This document shows positions 52,120 through 61,699 of a stretch of 64,000 nt of DNA, in pieces. The notes under the pieces were generated by a model that was not told the origin of the DNA, did not search any database, and was given only the letters and a program-made list of their open reading frames with translations. Source of the stretch: an uncultured Thermococci archaeon (GTDB lineage: Archaea; CAYQAE01; CAYVLA01); contig CAZJVP010000011.1 in the NCBI GenBank assembly GCA_964549615.1, positions 32,001-96,000 of the forward strand, given 5' to 3'. Each line of letters opens with the position of its first letter. Position 1 is the first letter of the stretch. The position numbers and the translations under genes are program-made.

Positions 52120-52510
52120 GCCTCCACCTCCTGCCGTAGATGAAGTGGTCAAGCAGCAAGGCATTAGATCCTTGGGCGAACAGGATGCCTAGCACTATCA
52201 GGAAGGCGCCCAACAGACCCACACCGTTTGCCTTGACGAGGAATGATATCGCAACGCATGCGTATCCAGGGAGGAGGAGGGCGAAGGCGAACGTGTACAA
52301 GATCGAGGCCTCCGGCATCCCCCCCATCAGCCTGTCAATTCTTCGGTACTGCCATATGAGGTTGTAGAAGAAGACGCCGATCGAGAGGACGCTCAGCACG
52401 ACGACTGCTAGGCCTAGGGTAGTGGTCCGTGATGCCAGCGCAATCGAGATGGCCAGGACAAGCAGAGTTATCAATATGCTTGGATATATTCTCGGCCGCG
52501 TTTTGCCCAC
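52091..52510 (-). CDS. Four-TM membrane protein, co-operonic with KaiC-like gene
   Basis: Four hydrophobic helices; GTG start; TATA TTTATAAC upstream on minus strand; overlaps next gene. Confidence 0.7.
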   Translation of the reverse strand: MGKTRPRIYPSILITLLVLAISIALASRTTTLGLAVVVLSVLSIGVFFYNLIWQYRRIDRLMGGMPEASILYTFAFALLLPGYACVAISFLVKANGVGLLGAFLIVLGILFAQGSNALLLDHFIYGRRWRLAEPPSSVG

Positions 52511-52754
52511 CTCACAACACGGCGCCCAATCTAATTTGGTGGTTGCAAAGTTATAAATGCTGCTGCAAAAAGCTCGAGAAAAATGGAAAAATGCAGAAAC
52601 TAGGCGCGCTTGTGCGCGGTGGGGAATGTTCCCCTCCCGTAGTACGGGCGGCGGGTTGTCGAAACTTGCTGGGCGTTGGCGGAGCGCTTCACTTCTGGAG
52701 CGGGTTGGGGTTACGGGCAGCATACTTTTCAGCGCCCGAGCACCCAGCGGTGCG

Positions 52755-53651
52755 ATGGGTAACCGGACCGAAGGGCAGGGGTCATTGTCAGCGAGTCGGT
52801 TACTCGCCTGGGTCAGGATGTTGAGGCTCCCGACCGGCCTTGTCTCGCCCTCGATGGCCCTTGCGGGGTCGCTCCTCTCGCCTGCCCCTCCGGGAGGGCT
52901 TTGGGGAACTCTTGTTCCCGTCGGCGCGATGACGGCGCTCTCGTTCTCTGCCTACATGTTCAACGATCTCTTCGACCTCGAGGTCGATAGGATAAGCAAT
53001 CCTGCCCGCCCGCTGCCTTCGGGCAGGCTCTCATCGCGCGAAGTCGTTTGCGTTGCATCGATGCTCTTGGTTGCCGGCTTCATGATCGTCTTGGTGTGGG
53101 GATCGCTCGCATCGCTTTCGATGGCGCTGGCCCTCTGCGCATTCGTGTTCGTTTACTCTGCGCCTCCCATCCGCCTGAGGAGGTTCTTCTTGGCACCCTA
53201 CTTCACCATAGCGACCTCGGCCTCGCTGTCCTTCTTGGTGGCCCACCTGTTCTGGGGCGGTGATCCGAGCGGCGCCTCGATAACGGGCGCCATCCTCGTC
53301 TTCGGGTATGGATCTGGATCATGCATGGTGAAGGAGTTCAAGGACATCGAGGGAGACTCCCGGATGGGCGTGCGATCCCTTCCCGTTGCGCTGGGCCTTC
53401 AGAAGGCCGTGCGGGTGACGATACCCGCTTACCTTGGGTCGTGCCTGCTTCTACTTCCCTTCTACTGGCTCTTCGATCTAAGTCCGCTCTTCTTGCCCAT
53501 CTTCGGGGCCGTATTCCTTGCGAAATGCAAGACATCCTACGACCTGGCCAGGAACCCGTTTGACATCGGTAGAAGGATCCGCATACTGACCGTCGAGGTG
53601 GTCTCGACGGTCCTGCTCTTCCTCGGCATCGCGGCAGGCGCCCTTGTTTGA
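52755..53651 (+). CDS. UbiA-family prenyltransferase (DGGGP synthase-like)
   Basis: NDLFDLEVD, RPLPSG, YSAPP, KEFKDIEGD; multiple TMs. Confidence 0.9.
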   Translation: MGNRTEGQGSLSASRLLAWVRMLRLPTGLVSPSMALAGSLLSPAPPGGLWGTLVPVGAMTALSFSAYMFNDLFDLEVDRISNPARPLPSGRLSSREVVCVASMLLVAGFMIVLVWGSLASLSMALALCAFVFVYSAPPIRLRRFFLAPYFTIATSASLSFLVAHLFWGGDPSGASITGAILVFGYGSGSCMVKEFKDIEGDSRMGVRSLPVALGLQKAVRVTIPAYLGSCLLLLPFYWLFDLSPLFLPIFGAVFLAKCKTSYDLARNPFDIGRRIRILTVEVVSTVLLFLGIAAGALV

Positions 53652-53863
53652 CGAGAGAAAGGAAATCGTGACGGACGGCCCGGGAAAGCACGGAAGAAGG
53701 TTCGTTCATCCATTGGCAAGCCCTAGGGAACTGCATGCGCCGATGGTCGGGAGCGTCTTGTTCTACTGCCTCGTGATCGCCTTTTCCGGCGACTTGGGTC
53801 CTCTCAAAGCGGTAGTCTCTGGCCCTTTGCGGTCGTCACGGCGGGCGTACGAGGAGTTTCATA

Positions 53864-55042
53864 TCATTGGCAGTTAGCGGACTCTTTTGCCGCTTTCAGG
53901 AAGGTCTGGATGTGTGTCTCGGGCACTGCAGCGTCAATGACCCCGCTGCTCAAGGTCCATCCTCCCTCACGCCCCATGGCATCGATGACCCTGCTGACCT
54001 CCGCTCTAATGGTTGCCTCGCTGACCAGCCTGCCGGGGGCAATGAAGACGGAGAACCTCACCCGCTTGGGGCCGAAGACCGACTTGAACCTCGAGAGGTT
54101 GGACGAGCTAACCAAGCTACTGAAATGGCCCACCGGGATCCTCTGGAAGAGGTCGATGAATTCATCCATCACGTCCTGGGTCTCGAAGCTCCACCTCGTC
54201 CATCCGCATTTTCGTGCGTAGGCCTGGTAGCAGGGCAGGACGTACCGCTCCACCAACGCGGGGGAGAAGTAGGCAAGCGGATTGTCGTAGAAGTGTCCTT
54301 GAGAACTGTCGCCCTCGTATTCGATGCCCCACATCTGGCGGTAGTAGCGCCTGATCGCGTCGTAGACGTCCAGCATCTTGTTCATGAGTTTGTGGACGAT
54401 CGGGGGGTCGGTGTACATGTCCCTGATGAGTTGCCTTATGCCCCGGGCGTAGGCCGCCATCTGAAGTGGCCCGCCATCGCCACCCTGGATCCTCACGCTG
54501 ATCAGATCGCCGACCAGCTTCTCGATCACCTCCATCATCTGCAGGGTCTGTGGCATGAGGCCTGCCTTGGGTATGTCGGGGGTGACGAAGTCGTCTATCT
54601 TCTCCTTGGAATCAAGAACCCTGTGGCTCAAGTCGAGCCAGGCGAAATCATCCTCGGGGAAGACGCACCTACAGCCCACTATCGAGGGGTGCAGCACCAC
54701 GCCTCCCAGCGGGCCGACCTCGCCCGAGGTCACCCACGGACGGTCGTCATCGAACTCCCTGAAGGAGTCGATTTGGGTCCTGAGCTGGTACTCGACGAGA
54801 AGCCGGGGATCCTTCCAGTACCTGCCGATCGCTATGTGGTACCTCCTCCTGAAGTACCAGTTCGACCAGACGGGGCTGAGGTCGACTGTGACGGGGATCC
54901 TATCGGGCTTCTCGAAATTGCGGGATGCATCAAGTCGAATCCTTGCGGATTCCAATCTCTCTTTGCTTTCCTTCTCAAGCTTGGTGGCCTCGCGCAGAAG
55001 GCGTTCCACGTTCTTCCTGAACGCTGCGTCCGAACTCAACAT
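53864..55042 (-). CDS. Uroporphyrinogen decarboxylase / MtaA-CmuA superfamily protein
   Basis: PDRIPV, GPLQMAAYARG, DMYTDP, FSPALVERY, GGWTLSSG. Confidence 0.8.
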   Translation of the reverse strand: MLSSDAAFRKNVERLLREATKLEKESKERLESARIRLDASRNFEKPDRIPVTVDLSPVWSNWYFRRRYHIAIGRYWKDPRLLVEYQLRTQIDSFREFDDDRPWVTSGEVGPLGGVVLHPSIVGCRCVFPEDDFAWLDLSHRVLDSKEKIDDFVTPDIPKAGLMPQTLQMMEVIEKLVGDLISVRIQGGDGGPLQMAAYARGIRQLIRDMYTDPPIVHKLMNKMLDVYDAIRRYYRQMWGIEYEGDSSQGHFYDNPLAYFSPALVERYVLPCYQAYARKCGWTRWSFETQDVMDEFIDLFQRIPVGHFSSLVSSSNLSRFKSVFGPKRVRFSVFIAPGRLVSEATIRAEVSRVIDAMGREGGWTLSSGVIDAAVPETHIQTFLKAAKESANCQ

Positions 55043-55403
55043 TTTTTCGCCTCGCTCGTGCTGGACTGGGTGATCGGCGCTGTATCGCGCTGCCTGGTTG
55101 TCCGCCCGTCAAGCTAATGAATGTGACAACGAGACCCCAATGCGGCTTGCACGAAACGAGAAGTAGCAGATCATATGGACAATCCGTCCATCCCACATTG
55201 CGCCCAAGCTAATTGGGAACATCGGAACCACCACATAGGAGTCTCCGGCAGCAGGACCTAAAGATGGGCCGGAATAAGGCCCCACGATCGTATGCGCTCA
55301 GTTGGTCTGGTGGTTGAGATTTATTAGAGCCGTTGCGGAGAGGATCAAAGGTTTCTGGGAAGAGTTGCACGGAATTCTCTTTGCAGTCAAGTGCCACGGA
55401 ATT

Positions 55404-57455
55404 GTGGGGCGTTCCCTGATTATAGCGAGCCTCGTACTGTTAGTCGTAAATGGTGCCCATTGCGCCCTGGGAGAGGACCAAGTTGGTTGCAGGGTCTCCT
55501 TTGTGAATCAAACCTTGATGGTTGACGGAAAACCATTCTTCATGCTGGCAACAATCTGGGGCAACCAGAGCCTAGAGCCAATCGCTGAACGCCATCTCAA
55601 CACGGTTTTCTTCTGGACGTCAAGCTACCTGCGGAGCGCAATAGATCAGGCGAAGGCGCTAGGGCTAATGCTAGTTCCCTACATACACTCCCCACACCTC
55701 TACAGCGGCAAACTCACCATGGAGGACGTGGCGCGGTTCGTCTTGGAGCTTGAGAACGAGACCCAGATCCTTGCGTGGAACATCGGCGACGACTTCGGCA
55801 CGGCCGATGTCCCTCTCGCCAAGGAGGTCTATGAGCTCGTCAAGTCCATCGATCCCCAGAGGCCAGTGATGCTCGATGGGCCGATGGAGGGCAACTGGAG
55901 CTTTGTCGATATGTACTGCACGTACAACTACCCGCTTCTCAAGGGGAACTATACCCCGGGAATGCCGGGGCTAAGAGGCAACGAGGACAACCTAGAGGTG
56001 TACGGAGACTATCTAGACAGGGCCAGATCTTCCCAGGGGCAGGGCCGGTACTTCTGGACCTGGCTTCAGGCACACACGCAGTATTGGTACACCCACAACC
56101 TCTTGGGCGGACCGCCGGCGGCGCACAGGCCCAGCAGGTTTCCCGATCCCTCCCATATCAGAATCCTGACCTACACGGCCATATCGCATGGCGTCAGGGG
56201 CATAATCTATTACACCTATAAGTTCTTCTGGGACGACTGGTACGGACGCGACAGGTTCGCGGAGGTCGGCGTGATAGGTGCTGAGATCGAGATCGTCGGA
56301 CCATACCTGGCAGCCGGCCGCCTGTCGACAAACCTTCCCACGGATTCTAAAGACCTACAGGTCTCATCGTTCGAATACGACGGTGACGTGTTGCTCGTCC
56401 TTGCGATGATGAGGCCTTACTACTCCTACAGCATAGACGAGGGGCTGGTGGAGAACGTGTCCATATACCTTCCGTTCTCGGCGGAAGGGATATCCGCGTA
56501 TTCGATAAGCTTTCCAAGAGTGACCCCTCTCAAGCTCATTCCTGAAACGGCGGCTTCCTCCATCCTTATCATCCCGCGGGTGGAGCTAACGGACTTGGTA
56601 CTTCTGACCTCTTCACCCGACAAGATCCTGAGAATCGAGAACCAGCTTCTCTGCCTGCTTCCTGATGCAGCACGCTTCGCGGTAGAGGCCCTGGATGCCC
56701 AGATCGAGAAGGTGGGCCAGATCTGGTCCGAGCTTAGGCGGCTTGGCATAAATCCCCCCGGCTTGGACGACCTTTTCAGGCATGCCGAGGAAATGCATGC
56801 CCAGAGCGGCGAGCTCATTTCCCGTCAAAGGTACGCAGAGGCCTATGAAGCCGCCAGGGCAGGCCAGAGGCTTCTAAGGTCACTGACAGATTCCTGTTGG
56901 AAGCTGTTCAGGCCGATGTACCATGACCCCCAGACACCAGCCCAGTTCAGGAAATACCTGATCGACTACTACGTGCTGCCCCTCTTCTACACAACCGCCT
57001 TGGAAGGCCTAAAGGAAGAAATCCAAGAACAGAACCAACTGCTGGACGAGCTGGTCAGTTTCGGTGTGGATGTGTCCGAGGAAAGGCGCCACCTAGCAAA
57101 GTTGAACAGGACATGGCTGGAAGACAGCAACACAAACCTCTCGTCGCTGGTGCACGAGGTGTGGGGGCTGAGATACTCCTTGGAAAGGCTTAAGGCCGAG
57201 ACCTATGTACGCGCCGCGGAACAGGCCATCGAATCTGCGAAAACGCTTGGGATCGACACATCCCGATATGAAATCTTCCTCTCTAGGGCCAAGATCTCCC
57301 TGCAGGAAGGGTTGTTCGAATCCGCAGTCACCTTGGCCTCCTATCCTCTTCAGCTATCGCAACAGATCCGCGAGCCGTTTATGGCCGCTGCACTGGTCCA
57401 GATCCTCGTTTTTCTCATGCTCCCACTGGCGCGAGCGGAACCGGATCACCCTTGA
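55404..57455 (+). CDS. Secreted glycoside-hydrolase-like protein with helical stalk repeats and C-terminal IxE-TM anchor
   Basis: Signal peptide, VDGKPFF, LAWNIGDD, AISHGVRGIIYY (GH2/42-like barrel), G[IV][DN] helical repeats, QQIREPF + TM. Confidence 0.68.
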   Translation: MGRSLIIASLVLLVVNGAHCALGEDQVGCRVSFVNQTLMVDGKPFFMLATIWGNQSLEPIAERHLNTVFFWTSSYLRSAIDQAKALGLMLVPYIHSPHLYSGKLTMEDVARFVLELENETQILAWNIGDDFGTADVPLAKEVYELVKSIDPQRPVMLDGPMEGNWSFVDMYCTYNYPLLKGNYTPGMPGLRGNEDNLEVYGDYLDRARSSQGQGRYFWTWLQAHTQYWYTHNLLGGPPAAHRPSRFPDPSHIRILTYTAISHGVRGIIYYTYKFFWDDWYGRDRFAEVGVIGAEIEIVGPYLAAGRLSTNLPTDSKDLQVSSFEYDGDVLLVLAMMRPYYSYSIDEGLVENVSIYLPFSAEGISAYSISFPRVTPLKLIPETAASSILIIPRVELTDLVLLTSSPDKILRIENQLLCLLPDAARFAVEALDAQIEKVGQIWSELRRLGINPPGLDDLFRHAEEMHAQSGELISRQRYAEAYEAARAGQRLLRSLTDSCWKLFRPMYHDPQTPAQFRKYLIDYYVLPLFYTTALEGLKEEIQEQNQLLDELVSFGVDVSEERRHLAKLNRTWLEDSNTNLSSLVHEVWGLRYSLERLKAETYVRAAEQAIESAKTLGIDTSRYEIFLSRAKISLQEGLFESAVTLASYPLQLSQQIREPFMAAALVQILVFLMLPLARAEPDHP

Positions 57456-57519
57456 CTACCTCACACTAGAGCCGCACGGCTGATGACACGCCGGCCACCG
57501 TCTCTTCCCAAGGAGGCTC

Positions 57520-57880
57520 CGCGCGACGGCGCGGAAGCGAACCTTGGCCAGATACCTCTGCCAGTTGCGTAACAGCCTGTAGACCGCGCGATGATTGCAG
57601 ACCGATGCATGGCCGGCCGCCTGTGGGCTCTTTTGGAAATGGCACACATCTCCCGCAGGCAAATGACGGAAAGCCAGATGGCGGCACACAAGGACGTTGT
57701 ACACCCTTGAGGAACTCTACTGGATGTGTGAACAGGCAAGAAAGCATCTTGGCAAGGAAAGCATACTGTTGGCCGGGTCATTGCAAGGCCCTTCGTCGGC
57801 GAGCCTATCCATTTCAGGAGAACAGGCGAAAGGAGGGACTACTCGCTTCCACCTCCATGTATAACTCCTGGACAGCGCAC
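57520..57880 (+). pseudogene. deoB: Phosphopentomutase fragment, multiply frameshifted
   Basis: [36 protein letters not shown]...RRDYSLPP across frames matches DeoB motifs. Confidence 0.78.
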
Positions 57881-58028
57881 GGGGGCGCGTCCATGCGTCC
57901 CCGGCGGCTATTTCCTTCCGAACTTCCGCGTGCTGTGGAAAGGCTTTCCTCCCCGGCAACCTAGGCTCATTTCGTCGGATCACATTCAAGAGCAGCGTGG
58001 GCATACGCCGGATCTCAGTCGTGTGGCC

Positions 58029-58787
58029 ATGTCGTTTGACCCCCTGGACCTGACCAAGAGCACGGAGGCAGTGGTCGTGAAGGGCGAGCTCAGGAAGTAC
58101 TACCGGGTCGCCAGGCCAGGACGATGGTACGGCGGCATAGCGAGCTCCGACTGCTGCGGGTGCAACCTGAGGTGCGTGTTCTGCTGGAGCGGCGTTCCCC
58201 GAGATTCGCCCGCCAACGTGGGAAGGTTCTACTCGCCTCAACAGATATTCGAGAGCCTCACGGGCTGCGCAAAAAGGTTCGGCTACGCGCAGCTGAGGGT
58301 GAGCGGGAATGAGCCGACCATAGGCAGGGATCACCTTCTTCGGCTGCTCGAGCTTCTGGATGGGACTAGGTACAGTTTCATCTTGGAGACCAACGGCATC
58401 CTGCTCGGCCATGATCGCAGCTATGCCAAGGAGCTGTCGAGGTTCGAGCGCGTGCATGCCAGGGTCTCGATCAAGGGCACCAACGCTCAGGAGTTCTCGA
58501 GACTGACGGGGGCATTGCCCGAGTCATTCGAGCTTCAACTCCAGGCGCTGCGGAATCTCTTGGACGCCGGAGTTCCCTGCCATCCGGCGGTCATGCTGTC
58601 GTTCAGCACGGAGGGTGGGCTCGAGGGACTGCGTGAGAGACTGAGGGAGATCCAGCCCACCTTGGTCGAGGAACTGGAGAAGGAGTTCGTGTTCCTGTAT
58701 CCGCACGTCGTCAGGCGCTTGAGGGCGGCTAAGGTACAGCCCCTAACGGCATACGAGCCGACCCGTGTGCCCCCGGAGTTGGTGTAG
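58029..58787 (+). CDS. Radical SAM protein (archaeal COG5014-like)
   Basis: [17 protein letters not shown] (CxxxCxxC), SGNEPT, ETNG. Confidence 0.88.
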   Translation: MSFDPLDLTKSTEAVVVKGELRKYYRVARPGRWYGGIASSDCCGCNLRCVFCWSGVPRDSPANVGRFYSPQQIFESLTGCAKRFGYAQLRVSGNEPTIGRDHLLRLLELLDGTRYSFILETNGILLGHDRSYAKELSRFERVHARVSIKGTNAQEFSRLTGALPESFELQLQALRNLLDAGVPCHPAVMLSFSTEGGLEGLRERLREIQPTLVEELEKEFVFLYPHVVRRLRAAKVQPLTAYEPTRVPPELV

Positions 58788-58928
58788 CTTGCTCATTTCC
58801 CAGTGCCGAATGTGCCTTGACGCGCCGAAGGGAGCTCTGGAAAATGTTCGATGGCTTTATATCAGGCGAATTGCTGCGAGGGAAGCGATGGTTTTCACGT
58901 CGCACAGACGTGATCCTGAGGAATAACC

Positions 58929-60059
58929 GTGCCGAGAGAGACGATCGAGGACCGGACTACTCGCGACTGCGCGATGTATCTTCCGGCAGGGCAGCTCCCG
59001 GTAATCGAGGGTCTGCCAGAGATTCTCAGAATGAATGACGGCACGAGTGTGCGAAGTCGAAGGGACTGGGCTCGACGGCGCCGGGAGATCGAGGCGATGA
59101 TGCTTCATTATCAGTACGGACGGATGCCGCCGAGGCCCGTCAGCTTTATTGCACGCGAGACATCCTCTAGGCCTGCGTACGACGGCGCCGCAACCGAGAA
59201 GCACATCACGCTGCGCATGGGACCTGAGCGTGGCGTGTCGGTCCGGCTGCGCATGGTCATCCCGGCCGGCGAAGGTCCCTTCCCGGTCATCCTGAGGAAC
59301 GACCGGGACTTGGGAACGACGGCGATAGCGGAGGAGATCATCAGGCGTGGGTATATTCTCGCGGAGTACAACCGGCATGACGTTGACCCGGACGGCCCCG
59401 ACAGGAACGATGGTGTCCATCCCTTCTACCTTGGGTTCGACTGGGGCACCTTGGCGGCTTGGGCGTGGGGCGGCATGCGGGTGGTGGACTACCTGCTGAC
59501 GTTGGACGTCGTGGATGAGGGGAAGATCGCCTTCACTGGTCACTCGAGGGGAGGCAAGGCCGCGCTGCTCGCAGGTGCACTCGATGAGAGGATAGCCCTG
59601 GTTTCGCCGAACGGGTCGGGCACGGGGGGCGCGGGCTCGTACAGGATACAGGGCAAGGGGGCCGAGACGCTGAAGGACATCTTGAAAAACTTCCCGTACT
59701 GGTTCGTGCCCCGGCTCGCCGGCTTCGTGGGCCGAGAAAACAGGATGCCCTTCGATCAGCACTTCCTCAGGGCTCTGGTTGCTCCGCGGGCAGTCCTATC
59801 CACCGATGCCCTAGGCGACCAGTGGGCCAACCCGCTTGGCACCCAATACATGTTCGTCGCGGCCCAGCCCGTCTTCGACTGGCTGGGGGTTGGCGGCAAT
59901 AATGCTATCCACTTCCGCCAGGGAGGGCATGCCCAGGGGCCGGATGACTTAAGGGCGCTCTTGGACTTCGCGGACCGGGTGTTCTTCCGCAAGACGCCCG
60001 AGAGCGGTAGAAGGTTCGATCTGCTTCCCTTCCCGCAAGAGCGAGGGGAATCGGGGTGA
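58929..60059 (+). CDS. Glucuronoyl esterase-like carbohydrate esterase (CE15)
   Basis: AAWAWG, GHSRGGK nucleophile motif, SGTGG, PFDQH, LVAPR. Confidence 0.88.
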   Translation: MPRETIEDRTTRDCAMYLPAGQLPVIEGLPEILRMNDGTSVRSRRDWARRRREIEAMMLHYQYGRMPPRPVSFIARETSSRPAYDGAATEKHITLRMGPERGVSVRLRMVIPAGEGPFPVILRNDRDLGTTAIAEEIIRRGYILAEYNRHDVDPDGPDRNDGVHPFYLGFDWGTLAAWAWGGMRVVDYLLTLDVVDEGKIAFTGHSRGGKAALLAGALDERIALVSPNGSGTGGAGSYRIQGKGAETLKDILKNFPYWFVPRLAGFVGRENRMPFDQHFLRALVAPRAVLSTDALGDQWANPLGTQYMFVAAQPVFDWLGVGGNNAIHFRQGGHAQGPDDLRALLDFADRVFFRKTPESGRRFDLLPFPQERGESG

Positions 60060-60123
60060 GGCAAATGTGAGTGGGATGGATGACGGGAGCATTTGGGTGC
60101 CGACGCCGGGGCCCGTGGCCGAG

Positions 60124-61185
60124 TCACGCCAGCTGTTGGGTGAGCGCGTTGATCCAGCCTTTCGTCTTCTCCACGCGCGCAAGCAAGGCCATGTAAAGCC
60201 CGTCGGCCGTCTCCTTGAGCGTGCGCTGCGAGTTGGTGTAGATGTTTCTCTTTGTGGCTTCATCGACTTGGTGAATCCATTCAGGCCTGAGTGTCTCCGC
60301 ACCAGAGAGGGCGCCGGAGAGTCCGCCCGAGATCGCTGCGAGACAGTCCGTGTCGCGGCCGAAGTTCACCGACGCGATGATGGACTCCTGGGGGTCGCCC
60401 TTGGTGACCTTGAAGACGGCGAAGGCCTTGGACACAACTTCGTTTGCCCACGAATGGGCGTATGGGACTCCCTTTCCATTGTAGATGTCGTGGAAGGCGT
60501 CCCTCAGGGCAAAGGGTTCCGTGAAGCGATCGGCCATCTCCAGCGCCCGCGCAAGTTCTTGGCGGATTCGTTCATGGGCCGCGCCGAGGGCGGATGCGAT
60601 CACCGACTCAATGCTGGATCCGGGACAGAGTGCAGTGGATATGCCGGCGGCCACGACGGCTGCCCATTTCAGCCCATCGCCGACGGGCGTGTTATATAGT
60701 AGCCCAACGTCGTAGACATCCCTCACTGCCGATCGGGGGTCGCATGCATTGATGATGCCCAGTCCGTGGCAGGACCGGGACATGGTCACTAGGCCGTCCC
60801 ACGGGCAGTATCGCCCGATGTGCTGTGCAGGTATGCCCGCGCGGGCCATGGCCAGCAGGGTGCTCTCGAAGGGCTCGGATACCATGCCCTCGGATTCGGG
60901 CTTGATGTCCCTAAGCCATATCCTCACTACATCCTCGGCCGTGATGCGGTCCTGCTTCTCGATGATCGCCGTCAGCATGAGCTTCTGTCGCTCTATCCCG
61001 TCCTCGGTGGTGCCGGGCGGACGCATCCAACCGTTGCGGTAGTGTTCGTAAGGAAGGAGCCTGTCAAGCACGCCGTATTCCTTTTCTATCCGCTCTTTGT
61101 CCCAACCCTCCACGGGCGCACCCATCGCCGATCCTATGTGGGACGCGGCTATGCAGCCGAAGATCTTGTTGTGAAGAGTCGTCAT
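60124..61185 (-). CDS. ADP-ribosylglycohydrolase family protein
   Basis: GSAMGAPVE, GTTED, GRDTDC. Confidence 0.88.
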   Translation of the reverse strand: MTTLHNKIFGCIAASHIGSAMGAPVEGWDKERIEKEYGVLDRLLPYEHYRNGWMRPPGTTEDGIERQKLMLTAIIEKQDRITAEDVVRIWLRDIKPESEGMVSEPFESTLLAMARAGIPAQHIGRYCPWDGLVTMSRSCHGLGIINACDPRSAVRDVYDVGLLYNTPVGDGLKWAAVVAAGISTALCPGSSIESVIASALGAAHERIRQELARALEMADRFTEPFALRDAFHDIYNGKGVPYAHSWANEVVSKAFAVFKVTKGDPQESIIASVNFGRDTDCLAAISGGLSGALSGAETLRPEWIHQVDEATKRNIYTNSQRTLKETADGLYMALLARVEKTKGWINALTQQLA

Positions 61186-61199
61186 CGCTCCTCACCTCG

Positions 61200-61685
61200 T
61201 TAGTGCTGTCCTGAGAAGCGCAGCTGCGGCAGTTCGATGGCGTGGCCACGTTCGTCGTGTGCGACCGTGGTCATCTCCCTTCTCATCTCAGGCCCTCGAA
61301 GCTCCGCTATGCCGACCTCGCAGAGGATGTAGCAGGTGCACCCCTCTTCCAGGTGGCCGCCGAAGGCCCCATCCGGCGTGGATGCGGTGAAATGTACGTG
61401 TGGCTGGCCGTCGACGATCGAGCCGTTCATGCTCAGGATCTCGATGCCCCCTTCCCGCTCACCGAATTTGTTTTCAGGCGGGAAACGGTTGTGGGTAACC
61501 CAGTGCAGGCACGCCTTGGAGAGCGTGCCGTATCCCCAGACGACGGCGCCCTGCCGGATCCCCTTCTCCGCGATGAATCTCTTGAGCGACGCAAGGACAT
61601 CCTCTCCCGGGTCGATCCTTACGACCCAGGTAGCTGTGTTTTCGAATCTTCCTGCCTCCAACCTTTCTGCACCCAGTCGGCCCAA
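61200..61685 (-). CDS. PPC/DUF296 domain protein
   Basis: RIDPGED, EILSMNG, HVH, GGHL. Confidence 0.88.
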   Translation of the reverse strand: MGRLGAERLEAGRFENTATWVVRIDPGEDVLASLKRFIAEKGIRQGAVVWGYGTLSKACLHWVTHNRFPPENKFGEREGGIEILSMNGSIVDGQPHVHFTASTPDGAFGGHLEEGCTCYILCEVGIAELRGPEMRREMTTVAHDERGHAIELPQLRFSGQH

Positions 61686-61699
61686 GCGGCGCGAGCTGA

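Noticed and set aside
52091-52164. Frameshifted single membrane-KaiC gene
   Set aside because: A strong RBS (GGAGGTGGAGG) before TTG 52119 supports two overlapping genes, though an ancestral fusion is not excluded.
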